From Tubulanus polymorphus (Eukaryota; Animalia; Nemertea), in NCBI RefSeq assembly GCF_964204645.1, contig NC_134030.1:8705122-8769121 (forward strand): a stretch of 64,000 nucleotides of DNA, written 5' to 3'. The notes beneath the pieces are model-generated. The model was not told the origin of the DNA and did not search any database. It saw nothing but the letters and a program-made list of their open reading frames with translations. A program made the position numbers and the translations under genes. Position 1 is the first letter of the stretch. Every line of letters starts with the position of its first letter. Below, one piece after another: positions 25,850 to 37,400 of this stretch.

Positions 25850-27965
25850 CCGAAGCCGCCTGAGAAAGCGCTGAAGTTTGAGATGGTCCTGTTTGCGTCC
25901 GTGCCGAACCTTGCGCCGCCGGCGTCGGACCAGAACGCTTTTTCCACGGAGTTCGGGGGTTGGACTTGGCCTGAACCTCCCGAATCTTCCTCAGCTCTGC
26001 GGAAACCGGAGCGCACCAACCGGAGAAGAGACGTGAAGACGTCCCCAATGGGGCTCTCAGCAAAGCATTGGACACCATATCCGGTAGACGAGTTTTGGCA
26101 CTGGAGTCCATCACTGACTGACGGGAGGCTAACACCAGATTAGCCTGACCCCGAACCGACAACGGAATTACATGCGAAACAGACCGAGCCAAAGATTGGA
26201 TAATCCGGTCCATTCCCTCCAGTTTTAGGGCAACTGACTCTGGGTCGGAGCCCGCATGAACGGCGGCGTGAGTCTCGCGAAGCTCACCCGTCAACACCTT
26301 AAGTGCCATATCTTGAAACGAACCAACCCTGGTAAGATTGTCCAGGATTGACGTCATGGCCACCAAACCGGACTTAGGCAAACGAATACCCGACTGTGCT
26401 GTAACAGTATCCGGGCTGATCAAAGTATAATCAGCATCCAGGCAGTTATGACTGTGATCCACAGCACCTGGAGTTGCGTAATACGCCGAGCGAAATGCGC
26501 CTATAGGTGGATCGGTTGAACTAAAATATTTCCCAGATTTCATACCCCGTTCTGGAGGGGGAAATGAAAAAGTTCCAGGCCGACATTCACCCCATAATTG
26601 CGTATCCAATCGAGCCCATTCTCTTGAAACCGCTGACGATTCCCGTAAAACGTTAAGATCGGAGTCCGGAGGGCGATAAGCTTCCATTGACTCACCGACC
26701 AGAGGAGCTGCTGTGGGCTTAGCGCGAGTTGCCCCGTGCTTGACAAAGAACTCACTTATCATCGCTCTAAATGGCATGTCCCCCGCTGGTTCGGATAAAA
26801 CTGAACGGGACGGAGATACATTGCGAGCCAGGGAAGCCCCCATCGTCTGGGGCAACCCACAATTGCTTGCGACAGGAACGACCCCAGAAGGAATTGCCGC
26901 CTCTGGGACCGGATCCTCATTGAAATCAGACCCTACCGCAGCATCCAGGAATTCAGAGTCAGAATTCCGAAAAACTGAGTGGGCTGGCGAACTTCTAACC
27001 GGACAATCAGGAATAGGCTTACCTGTTGTAGAAGTTGCAGCGACTTGTTGCGACGAAGATAACAAGTTTAAAATTTTCTCCTCAAATACATGGAAATCCT
27101 TCTGAGTCAGGTATTTTCCAGTATCCCGACGATCATGCCGACTTCGGTGACGGTCCCTCGAACGGGATCGTGACCTACTAGAAGAATCGCTTACATCGCT
27201 AACCGACGTCGACGAACGATGAGAAGACCGACGGCGAAACTTCCGACAATAACGATCGTAGTCCCTCTCGCGATCAAACCTTGATCTGCGAGAAGGAGAT
27301 CTTGCTCGTTTATTACGCTCCCGGCGTCTAAATCTAGTGGGAGAGCGAGCTCTATCCCCGGAGCGACGATCAGAATCAGACGATGAACGTACCGGATGTT
27401 TTGTACCGGACGACGTCTGGACCGGACCGGTGGCCGAACCGGACCGAACCGGACCGATGCCCGACCCGGACCGGACCGGTACCGACCGAACCGGTGCGGG
27501 CCGTTCGCGACTACCGCGGCGCGCGCTCGGTTCCGAACATGTAGTCTGAACCGGCCGAACCGGCCGAACCGGTGAACGACCAGAGACCGGTGAATGACCG
27601 GAGACCGGTGCCGGTGAACCAGCGTTCTTCCCCGGTGAACGGAGTTGGGAAGCCGATCGTACCTGAACGACCGGCGACCGCTCCGCTTTACGATAAGAAA
27701 CAGGATTAGAAACGTCGGTTGGCACATCGCCCGAAACCGACGAATCCCTGCTAACTCGACGACGATCTCTTAGTTTAAGAGCCTTATCGGCCCGAAGCCA
27801 AAGGTCCTCGGACCACACGACGCAAATATTGCAAGGATTGCTCCTTGCACATATTTGACCGGATTTGCGCCTGCACGACGCACATGAATCGTGGTTGTCC
27901 CAGGCGCCAAACAAATGCCCGCATCCCTCCCCGCCACGATGCTGACCCTTAGGAGGGGGTGGCAT
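25716..27965 (-). CDS. DIRS ORF1, gag-like protein
   Basis: N-terminal Cys/His cluster (CGH...HDSCASC...C..CNIC), an Arg/Ser-rich middle with PVR repeats, and a helical C-terminal region. First ATG at 27965. Confidence 0.88.
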   Translation of the reverse strand: MPPPPKGQHRGGEGCGHLFGAWDNHDSCASCRRKSGQICARSNPCNICVVWSEDLWLRADKALKLRDRRRVSRDSSVSGDVPTDVSNPVSYRKAERSPVVQVRSASQLRSPGKNAGSPAPVSGHSPVSGRSPVRPVRPVQTTCSEPSARRGSRERPAPVRSVPVRSGSGIGPVRSGSATGPVQTSSGTKHPVRSSSDSDRRSGDRARSPTRFRRRERNKRARSPSRRSRFDRERDYDRYCRKFRRRSSHRSSTSVSDVSDSSSRSRSRSRDRHRSRHDRRDTGKYLTQKDFHVFEEKILNLLSSSQQVAATSTTGKPIPDCPVRSSPAHSVFRNSDSEFLDAAVGSDFNEDPVPEAAIPSGVVPVASNCGLPQTMGASLARNVSPSRSVLSEPAGDMPFRAMISEFFVKHGATRAKPTAAPLVGESMEAYRPPDSDLNVLRESSAVSREWARLDTQLWGECRPGTFSFPPPERGMKSGKYFSSTDPPIGAFRSAYYATPGAVDHSHNCLDADYTLISPDTVTAQSGIRLPKSGLVAMTSILDNLTRVGSFQDMALKVLTGELRETHAAVHAGSDPESVALKLEGMDRIIQSLARSVSHVIPLSVRGQANLVLASRQSVMDSSAKTRLPDMVSNALLRAPLGTSSRLFSGWCAPVSAELRKIREVQAKSNPRTPWKKRSGPTPAAQGSARTQTGPSQTSALSQAASDAGWRTSAQLQQSCQASSGRNSSGSYRGKGKAPKRGSSFRKNSK

Positions 27966-28496
27966 AATTATCCTGTTACAAATCAAAACAATTCAATTCA
28001 ATTCAATCAAATTATATTTGTAAATAAAATTCTTACGGAAAAAAAGAAATCAGGGATAACCCCCAAACCGAACGGACTCACCGTTACGAGAGTGAAAAAC
28101 TCCCTAATATCCTAATTCCTAGATTTTTACGGCGAAAAAATCCAACGCGTTCTACTGCGAGAACGCCAAGAAAAAAGATGGCGGATTTCGCCGGTGGCTA
28201 AATGCAATACCGCAGGGCCGGGTCGTATAGAAAAACCATTGGCGATAAATCCAAATTTAGAAAATATTGGCAAAAACCATAGGAAAGGGTACAGTACTCG
28301 ACGGAAATAGTGAAATTTACAAATCACGCTACATGTAGATGTACTATATATGCCACAGAAAATTACTTAAGCCTAGAAGCACCAATAGAAATTAAATCTA
28401 ACTCGATAAATTGATAGATAAAGAGGCATTCCACATTCTTCTCTTCTCCAACAACTGGGTCTATTATCCTATGCATTGCTCGTCTCTGTTGTTACC

Positions 28497-29456
28497 ATGA
28501 ATTCAACTCATGTTAAACTTCATCGACCGTTCAGCAGTTTCTACCTGCTGATGTCCGTGGAACACCAAACACCGGGCAACACTCGTACGGTTTCAGCCAC
28601 TACCATGCTCATCATTTTTTTAGCGGGCATCTTCGGAAATTCAGCCACTTTCATGATAATGACGAGTCGCCGATTCAGATATCTATCGTACGCGAACTAT
28701 CTCATCACTCTTTCAGTGTGCGATTTTATATCTTGTATTTACTTAACATTGATGCCGATGCTACAATTCGTTCTCCTGCACGTCAGCCACGGCCCGATAT
28801 TCATCATGAAGTCGCATCTCAGCTGCAGCTTCTACGAAATTCTGCTTGCATCCGCTGCTTTCACTAGTTCGTGGTTGATAGTAGCGATATCCCTAGAACG
28901 TACGGCAGTCGTGCTCTTCCCGTTCACGTCTCGTCTGGTGTGCACGCCTAAATTCGCGCGATGCGTCATCTTGTTTATTTTCACTTTGAACACAGCTCTC
29001 TTACCGATTCACCCGACGATAAAGATTCACTTTCTCGATAAACAAGGATGCTTTTACGAAAGAGTCACGAGGTCATACCTCGCGTTCATCATATTCATCA
29101 CAGTTCATTATTTTCTACCATTAATTCTCATCGTCTCGTTCAATTCTATTACAACCGTTCAATTATTCAGAGCAACGAAAGTGGCTTCGACTGATAATAA
29201 AACAAGCAAAACTAAACGTACGACGGTCATGCTCGTTACAGTTTCGCTCACGTTCGCTGCACTGACAGTTCCATCTACGGTCAATCCAATGTTACCAATC
29301 GATCAGAAGTTAAAAGATATCCTTTCAAACGTATTCACTCAGATGCTGTCTTGCAACTATTCAATCAATTTCTACATTTACCTTTTACTCGGTAAAGAAA
29401 TCCGTGCATATTTTGTGGAGAAAATTTGCAAACCGAAAAAATTAAGTCAGTTCTAA
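28497..29456 (+). CDS. Intronless rhodopsin-class GPCR, paralog 1
   Basis: Hydrophobic segments consistent with 7TM. GN in TM1, LSVCD in TM2, ISLERT in place of DRY, NFYIY in place of NPxxY, and an N-terminal NST sequon. Confidence 0.92.
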   Translation: MNSTHVKLHRPFSSFYLLMSVEHQTPGNTRTVSATTMLIIFLAGIFGNSATFMIMTSRRFRYLSYANYLITLSVCDFISCIYLTLMPMLQFVLLHVSHGPIFIMKSHLSCSFYEILLASAAFTSSWLIVAISLERTAVVLFPFTSRLVCTPKFARCVILFIFTLNTALLPIHPTIKIHFLDKQGCFYERVTRSYLAFIIFITVHYFLPLILIVSFNSITTVQLFRATKVASTDNKTSKTKRTTVMLVTVSLTFAALTVPSTVNPMLPIDQKLKDILSNVFTQMLSCNYSINFYIYLLLGKEIRAYFVEKICKPKKLSQF

Positions 29457-29637
29457 TTAACCAATTTTTTTGATGCAACGTTTACTTTTATTGCTGCATA
29501 AACCGATGTCCTAAATTCAGTGATGTTAATTAACATTAGGAACCCTTCATAGAACTGTTGAACGAGAGATGACCTATATGAACACCATTTAATTGACAAA
29601 TACCAGTCGATTATTTCAGTCACAAGAATCATTTTAC

Positions 29638-29696
29638 CTTGATCATATCCGTCATGGTTGTAGCTTGGCCATCTTTCTAACCTCCTCTGTTTCCAC
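29638..29696 (-). pseudogene. Degenerate copy of hnRNP exon 10
   Basis: Aligns to 46982-47041 with 7 substitutions and a 1-nt deletion. A TAC>TAG change creates a stop. AG/GT boundaries are retained. Confidence 0.85.
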
Positions 29697-32600
29697 CTAT
29701 TAAAAAAATGTAGATAATTCCAAATTAAAAATCTAGAAAATATATTGTGAAATTATAGTACACTTATCATGAAAATGCATTCAATTGTTGCACCTTATAA
29801 AAGAATAATTTCAACTTGCTCATATCCCCCCAAAAAACCTAAGTACACTATTAAATCATTACGAACTCGTTCAGTGGTAAATGAACAACTTTTACCTCTA
29901 TTGGTATGTATACCAATGACCTAAATTTATTTGAATACAACGGAGTAATCAAATTATTTTATTGATATAACGAATCAAAACGTTTCATGTAGAGCTAGTG
30001 TGACAGACTGTAGGATGAATTGAGGCCTCATATTGAAAATATAGTATCGATTGAAGGCACAATTTCAACTGTTTCATATTCCCCAAAAAACCTAGCGAAG
30101 TACACTATCAAAATGTTAAGCACTCGCTAAAGAAAATTTTCAGAGGATTTTTATATACGCATCGTAAGTCACTGAAACATTCACAGAATATTCAGAATCC
30201 CAGCCGGCTTAATTAATGCGGTTTATTTGCTTGCTACAACCACAACCTCTTATCTCGGCATTTTATCATCACAAATTGATAAGCACTTACCTATAATAGG
30301 TTTACATCCCAAGAAAACATAGAACATCTCAATTCACAAGTGACACATCTGATCATTACCAAAGGTTGGATGCTTCAGTCATCTCCAGAGCTGTATAACT
30401 GTTCATTGGTGAGACAAGTCAGAGTTATTGTCAAAGACGATGTCTACAAATCAAATGAAGTATGTATTTCAAAGTTAGTTTTGAAATATTTCGATCCTTT
30501 GCAACCCAGAGCCAACCAAATAGTAGAATGGAGTTTTTTCTTAGAAGTTAATCGTCTTTTAGTTGAATTTAAAAAGAGAAATGCTCAATTAACGCTTTTG
30601 GACCATTCAGTAAGGATACACTTGAAACTGAAGAACTAGGTGAAATATATCTTAAAATTAGCTCTGGGTCTGGGGTCAGGAAATGCACTAAAGCTGAAAG
30701 GAAAATGATTTTAGCATCACATATGTATCGGTAAATGTCAATGATCTCAATTTGGTTTGCTAAGACCTTATTGTTTCGAGGATTATTTCATGATATTACT
30801 TTAGGTTAAATCAGTGCGTATTATTTCGTTCCCATCGTGATCAACTTATTGTTATGTAACTCAAGTTAGGAGACGTCTTTACGAAGTGTCGTGACAAGGT
30901 TTCAATTTAAAAAAAAAAAACCAAATTGAACGTTTAATGTATATCTTAAATGATCGGAAATCTTTCCACTATTTTAAGACAAGAACTATGAATATTGGCT
31001 TCCATTTCAAGCTATTTCAATTCTAATGATTATCGCTAAATCTAAATCAGAGATTCGAGAGATCTGGAAAATAACCTCAACAAATATATGATGAAAAATA
31101 ATGCAATTTTCTCCATGTATACATAACAAATTTTCCGATCTGCCCGAGAGATTCTTATCATTTCTAATTCTCTTAAATAATATTCAACACCCAAGATGAT
31201 CGAATGAGATTACTAGAAAAAAAACATTTCTTCCTCAACCACTGCTTCAACTACGAGAATATTCATTTCATTGATAAGAAAAAAAAATGTAAAAATTCAA
31301 TAACTAGACTATTATCATTTTTTTTATACTTTACCTTTGTTTTTACCGACATTGACTTTTGGAGCGCATCTGCAATGGTAACGATAACCTCACATCCGGA
31401 AAATGAATTTCGACTTTCAGCTCGATTCAATTGTATTTTTTAGAAAAGATGGATTTTTTTCACACGAAATATTTCAAAGTATCTTTTCCCTTAATCCGAT
31501 CCTGCTTGATCTCAAATTTTCCTTCCACCATATCCATTCTCAAATGAATTCAATTTTCACTGTCTACGTTTAAAATACTGAAATCTAGGAACTAATATAG
31601 CAAGCGAAATGATGCACACATTCAACCACTTAACTAACTCCATATTCAAGCATAATCGGCTTTCCAGTATTCATTCATTCACTTTGATTCATTAAAACTG
31701 TGCATGATTGAATGGTAGTACCTTTCAACCAACCCGTACCATTGCTTTTGAATTAAGTTTTCGGAAGAATGCCACAGTTCACAAAAGCTAGCTCGAGTTG
31801 AAATAAACATTTTTCTTCAACGTTTCAGTAATCCTTCATTTTGATTTCGACTACTGTGTCAGCAGACTCATTATATGCCTGTATCAGACGGTAATGTACT
31901 TACTTGTTTAAAAAAATCTGATTCAATATATTTCAGTAACCAGAAATTTGAATAACTTTGTTCTTTCCGAAATGATTCCGTACAATAACCCTTTCATCCA
32001 TGAACCGATTATCGCGAATATTAGAATAGCAGGTGTTTTCAGCCAAAATATCATGGTAGAAAGAACAATGACTCCAGCATGATAAATGCACATTTCACAT
32101 TTCATTTAAATCTGCACAATTAAGCTAAGCATAGCTTTCCTGCGGTGTTAACCAACATGATGATTTTATCTTCCTGCCACGAAACGTAAAACCTTTAAGC
32201 TCGTTTAAATATCTATACAAAAACTGAAATCAATTTTTCTTTTTTTTAAGATATAATGGACTATATACAACTTTATTACTACGAAGTAAATTCATGATTT
32301 ATCGCTGACACAATACTTCCACTTACAATGAATAAAGTATGACAGTGCCTCGCTATAAGAGACTTTAGTAATGCCCTACCATGCAGCGTTCTCAAATATT
32401 GATCAGTGAACGTTCAAGAGATTTACAACACAACAGCATTACGAATATAATAAGGTTTAAGGAATTCGTTTTCTTTTTTTTTTCAAACTCTCCGACGAAT
32501 AATTCCGAGTAAAATCGTACACATTATATATATATAGAAAAATAATAAAAATTTACATAAAATGCACATTAGGTTTTTCTACACAACTACCAGGTAAATC

Positions 32601-33460
32601 ATCTAATCTTCAGTTTCACGAATGCTTCGAGCTAGAGCTCGTAAAATCATAAAACCTTTCTTCGAAAAAATGTTCATTTAATTGCGCGCGCATTTTTGTT
32701 TCATTTTAAACCCTTCGGCTGCATTGACAATTTTCTACGACGAACGTATTTTAAAACAATTTTTTTCTGTACACTAACTGCGGAGGCCGCCGCGAAGTTT
32801 CTTTCCTACACAAAAATGGCTCAAGAGCCTAAGAGTTTAAGTTCGGTCCATCCAGAACGTTTCTGGTACGTAGGTAACGGATATTTTTTTCAAAGGGCTT
32901 ATATTTATAATCAACGAAATCCGAGCGTTTTCCGATGAGGTCGACGAGTCCTGTGCTTATTTAAATCTGTGTTCATTGTCGATTGACATCGTTATTCTGA
33001 CGGGAGACGAAGTGATCGATACTTATGTGTACAAATTAGCCTATATAGCAATAGAAAGAAACAATGAAAATATAACAACAATTCATATAGAAAACACATT
33101 AATATTCACTTGGGGCACCAAAACGGTACGAACAGAGCATATAGACCATCGACAAGCAGTCTTCTTCTATCAGGCTGCGCTGTAGAACTAAAAGCCAAAT
33201 GACCGATTAAGCAATTTCTCATCGCCTTTCAATGACACATCTGACCATGTTTATCTAACAAAAGAGTGCGTTCTGGTTGCATTCAACATTTATTCTTCAC
33301 TTGTATTAAATTGTTTAAGATGCGGAGATAAACCCTGGCGGAAAGGTGCTTTAAAAATTACTGCTACGACCGAGTTGAAAAATAAACTATATATACCGGT
33401 CTCTTACTGGCAGAAATAATTCACTAACAAGAAACCTGCAATATGTGAAATTTAGGATGA

Positions 33461-33883
33461 CAGGGTCCCTACAGATCAGTCATTCCAGAATTAAGGAGTT
33501 TTAAAGGAAAACGAAATTTCCGGAAGTGTCTGCATGACTTTTCACATCACTGTAAACTCCTCCTAAATCGGTACTGTTCATTTCATTAAACCGGCAAATA
33601 AGTGGTTCTTTAAGCAAATTTTATCTTTAACACTATCCAAACTCAGTTTCTAATTCGGTAACCACCAAGTAAGGTGAAACAAATCCTAGTCCCAACAGTA
33701 CTACATAGGCGTAGTTATCTGTACATATATCTTATGTAGACATTCCTATGGTTGCATATTCCTCAAAATTGAAGCTTTAAAGAAATTTTGGACATTTTGC
33801 TAAATAAAGGAGTTTCAAGCACCTTTAAACGTATTTCCTAGTTTAGAAAGTTACTAAGGAATCGAGGAGTTGTAGGGACCCTG
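33461..33883. mobile_element. Non-autonomous TIR element with CAGGG termini (hAT-like); fragments recur in hnRNP and CBX introns
   Basis: CAGGGTCCCTACA ... TGTAGGGACCCTG. Related sequence at about 46140-46440, 48300-48460, 49300-49800 and 53980-54150. No clean TSD seen. Confidence 0.6.
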
Positions 33884-34430
33884 GATTTGAGCAGTTATAT
33901 CGTTAGTCAGAAAAACAAGTGCATTCAATGCAGTGCCATTAACTTGAATTAAAAAATATATCAATCTATATTTCATCAGCTTAACTCTGGAATCTATAAT
34001 CATTACATCTGGACCAAGTTCACTGAACATTTTACTGAACACACTGAATTTTAGAAAAGTCGCGGATGTGATATCTACTTAAGACCAATCATGTACTACA
34101 CGGACAACTTAAGAAATCCACGCTAACAGGACCTTGCACCCTTAGGCAATGGTCCCGATCCATTTTTTGTCAGTTTGAAATGCATTATGCAATTAAGCAG
34201 GAATGAACGACAAGAATAAACCAAGGATTCCGTCTCAATTTCATCACAGTATCATTGACCAGATTGAGATTACTAGAATGGTGTTCTTACATCATATGAT
34301 CATCACTACTACTACAACTTTGTCCAATATGGAACAAATTCAACAAAGTGACCCATAAACTCTAACTCTGTTAATTGAAACACCATCACATAATATTCAT
34401 CTCGTACTGGCTTGCGAAACACTTACCTTC

Positions 34431-37400
34431 TTATCGCCGGCCATATCCACCTCCTCCACCACCCTGCGAGCTATAGCCTCCTAAAAACGTTTAAGAAAAA
34501 ACAATTATACCTTTAAACCAGTGGGAGTGATATATCAATGTTGTTCACGTTTACTTAAAATAAGTGTTTGATCTACCGTACATACATTGACGTTCTAGCA
34601 GCTTGCGACATTGTTATTGTAAAAGCACTCACCTCCGTAGGGTCCACCGCTTTGACGCTGCGAGAAGTCTCGCCCTCCTTTCATCGGGCCACCTCCATAA
34701 CTATCCTGTTGGTAGCCGGAGCCCATATTGCTAGCGTTACCTCCTTGTTGCCAGTCATTACCACCTGAAAATATAACAATTCGTTATGTCACCCATATAT
34801 AGGTTGCTCAAATCGCTAGATCGTAATGAACGATATTCCTGCAAAGATTATTTACAATCAATCGAAAAAGAAAGCCGAAAAAAATGCTAACAAACAAGTT
34901 AAAAAAATATCTAGATGATTCTCAAAAGAATGTATATGTATATGTATTTTCTATACTATCCTGACTTGACAATTGACTCCAGCAAAGATATATAATACCG
35001 GATGGATATTGAGTGTAACTGGACGCTCAATAAGTAAACGCTGACTGTCATACAATACAAGCACAAAACGCTGCATTCGCTTCATTCACCGGCACTGGTA
35101 CTACAAATAAATTTAATCATTTCAACACAATTCGTTGTTCGTATCATACGGCATGATTTCATCAAATTTATGAGTGAACGTTCGATTCAAATCGTCCTAA
35201 TCAGTTTAGACGCGGTAAAATGTGATATTCAATTCATTGGTACTGTACTTGATTTCACAATAGACCTTAGTTGATTTTGACGAAGCGTTCGCGAAATTAA
35301 ATCAAAATTTTTCATTATGGACGATCTACGGCTCATAAACCCACGTTTGGGCGGAATCATGAACTCGACTGGTGTGTTCATGGAGCGACCTTTCGCCAGT
35401 TACGTTCTACTCATGTCGCTTGAAGACCAGACACCAGGCAACGAACGCCGGTCTTCGATTGCCGTTATGCTGGTCGTATTCGTCGCGGGCGTCTTCGGGA
35501 ATTCGGCCACTTTCATGATAATGACCAGTCGCCGATTCAGGCATTTATCGTACGCGAATTACCTCATCGTTTTATCGGCATGCGATTTCCTGATTTGTAA
35601 CTATTATACGTCGATGCCTCTGGTGCAATTCATTCTCTTGCACATCAGCAGCGCGCCGATAATGATAATGAAATCCGTGATGAGCTGCCGATTCTACGAA
35701 TTTGTGCTCAATTTCTTCGGTTTCACCAGCTCGTGGCTACTAGTAGCCATAACGCTTGAACGCGCTGCAGTCGTGCTCTTCCCGTTCACGGCTCGTCTGG
35801 TGTGCACGCCGAAATTCGCGCGTTGCGTCATCTTGTTCATCGTCGCGTTGAACGCCGTTTTCTTGCCGATTCACCCGTCGAAAAAGCTATTCTTCCACGA
35901 CGAACACGGATGCTTTTACGAGGTCGTCGAGAACATTTTCCCGTTGTTCGTTACGATGATCGTCAGCACCTATTTCCTTCCCATATTTCTGATCGTAACG
36001 CTCAATTCGATCATTACCGTTCAGCTATTAAGAGGTTCGAAAGTGGCTTCGACCGAAATAAACAAATCGGCCAAGGCGAAACGGACGACGGTGATGCTCG
36101 TCACCGTTTCGCTCACGTTCGCAGTGTTGACTATACCGTCTACGATGATTCCGTACTTGCCGTTTAGTCTGAAGCTTAAACTTTATCTTTTAAGCATATT
36201 CACTCAGTTGCTATCGTGCAACTATTCCGTTAACTTTTACATCTATCTATTACTCGGCAAGGAAATCCGCGCCTACTTCGTGGGAAAGATTTGCGCGTCG
36301 AAAGCGGAGTAGGAAATTTCGAAAGGGGCGGGAGTAGATAAAGCGGGTCAGTTTATTATAACACATCGCAGGTACTACTACTGAAAACTCGATAACTTTC
36401 ATCATCCTTCGACAACAGACGCAATAGATGTAGAATGACTACCCGTGGTTTTACACAGGAATTAATCCTATAACTGTTGGTATTTTGGTACTAAAAGGTT
36501 TATCAACATTAATTCAGTACCTATTTACTGCAAATACTACTGCAACTACCTTATACCCGAAAAAGATACTTTAACGATTGTGTGGCATATCGATGTCAAT
36601 ATTTTTTTAGTATATTTGGTATATAGGGAGTGATGTAAAAATTTGTACAATATGTCTTACAATATTTTTTGTTATCACCATGAACGCAGTTTCCTCACCA
36701 ATTCACCCCTCGGAAAAGGAGTGATCCTACGGTCACTGAAATATGCTTTTTTTGATTGTCCGAAAAATATGTACCTTGTCTACATAAATTTCCTCGTAGA
36801 AAATTATTTTCTCATCCCCATAATACATTCAATTCAATTCTATCATTATTCTGCTATTCAGGACTTCAAAAATTGTTTCTACCGACAGTAAAACGGACAA
36901 GGCAAAATTACAATTTTTGGAACTAAAATTTGTATTTCCGAGTAGTACTTACCCTTTCCTATGGTTTTTGCCAATATTTTCTAAATTTGGATTTATCGCC
37001 AATGGTTTTTCTATACGACCCGGCCCTGCGGTATTGCATTTAGCCACCGGCGAAATCCGCCATCTTTTTTCGTCATAGCAGACCAAAAAAAAACAGCTAT
37101 GCGGGGCAGGTGGGCGGGATTCCCACCATAGGAAAGGGTAAGTACTACTCGGAAATACAAATTTTAGTTCCAAAAATTGTAATATTTCCATCGAGTACTG
37201 TACCCTTTCCTATGGTTTTTGCTAGACTAGCCTAGCACAAGGATGGTGGGAAAGGTAGATAGAAAAACCACCGCTCAAACGCAAGGTAAGAGGGAAAAAG
37301 AGAGCACTTACCCAAGCACGGAATGGAGCACTGTAGCACAGGGAAGACCGGTTGGCCACAGTGAGTCCGTCCAGCTCAGGGGCCCCCCCCAGAATTTTGC

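Larger units (their letters stand above)
22186..28309 (-). mobile_element. DIRS1-like tyrosine-recombinase retrotransposon, full-length copy 1
   Basis: 122-bp inverted terminal repeats (22232-22353 and 28170-28291). An internal complementary region (22411-22508) mirrors both termini. Three intact ORFs: gag, RT/RH/MT and YR. Confidence 0.97.

Noticed and set aside
23111-27727. Numerous short ORFs inside DIRS copy 1 (and their equivalents in copy 2)
   Set aside because: Shadow ORFs of GC-rich coding sequence with no motifs.
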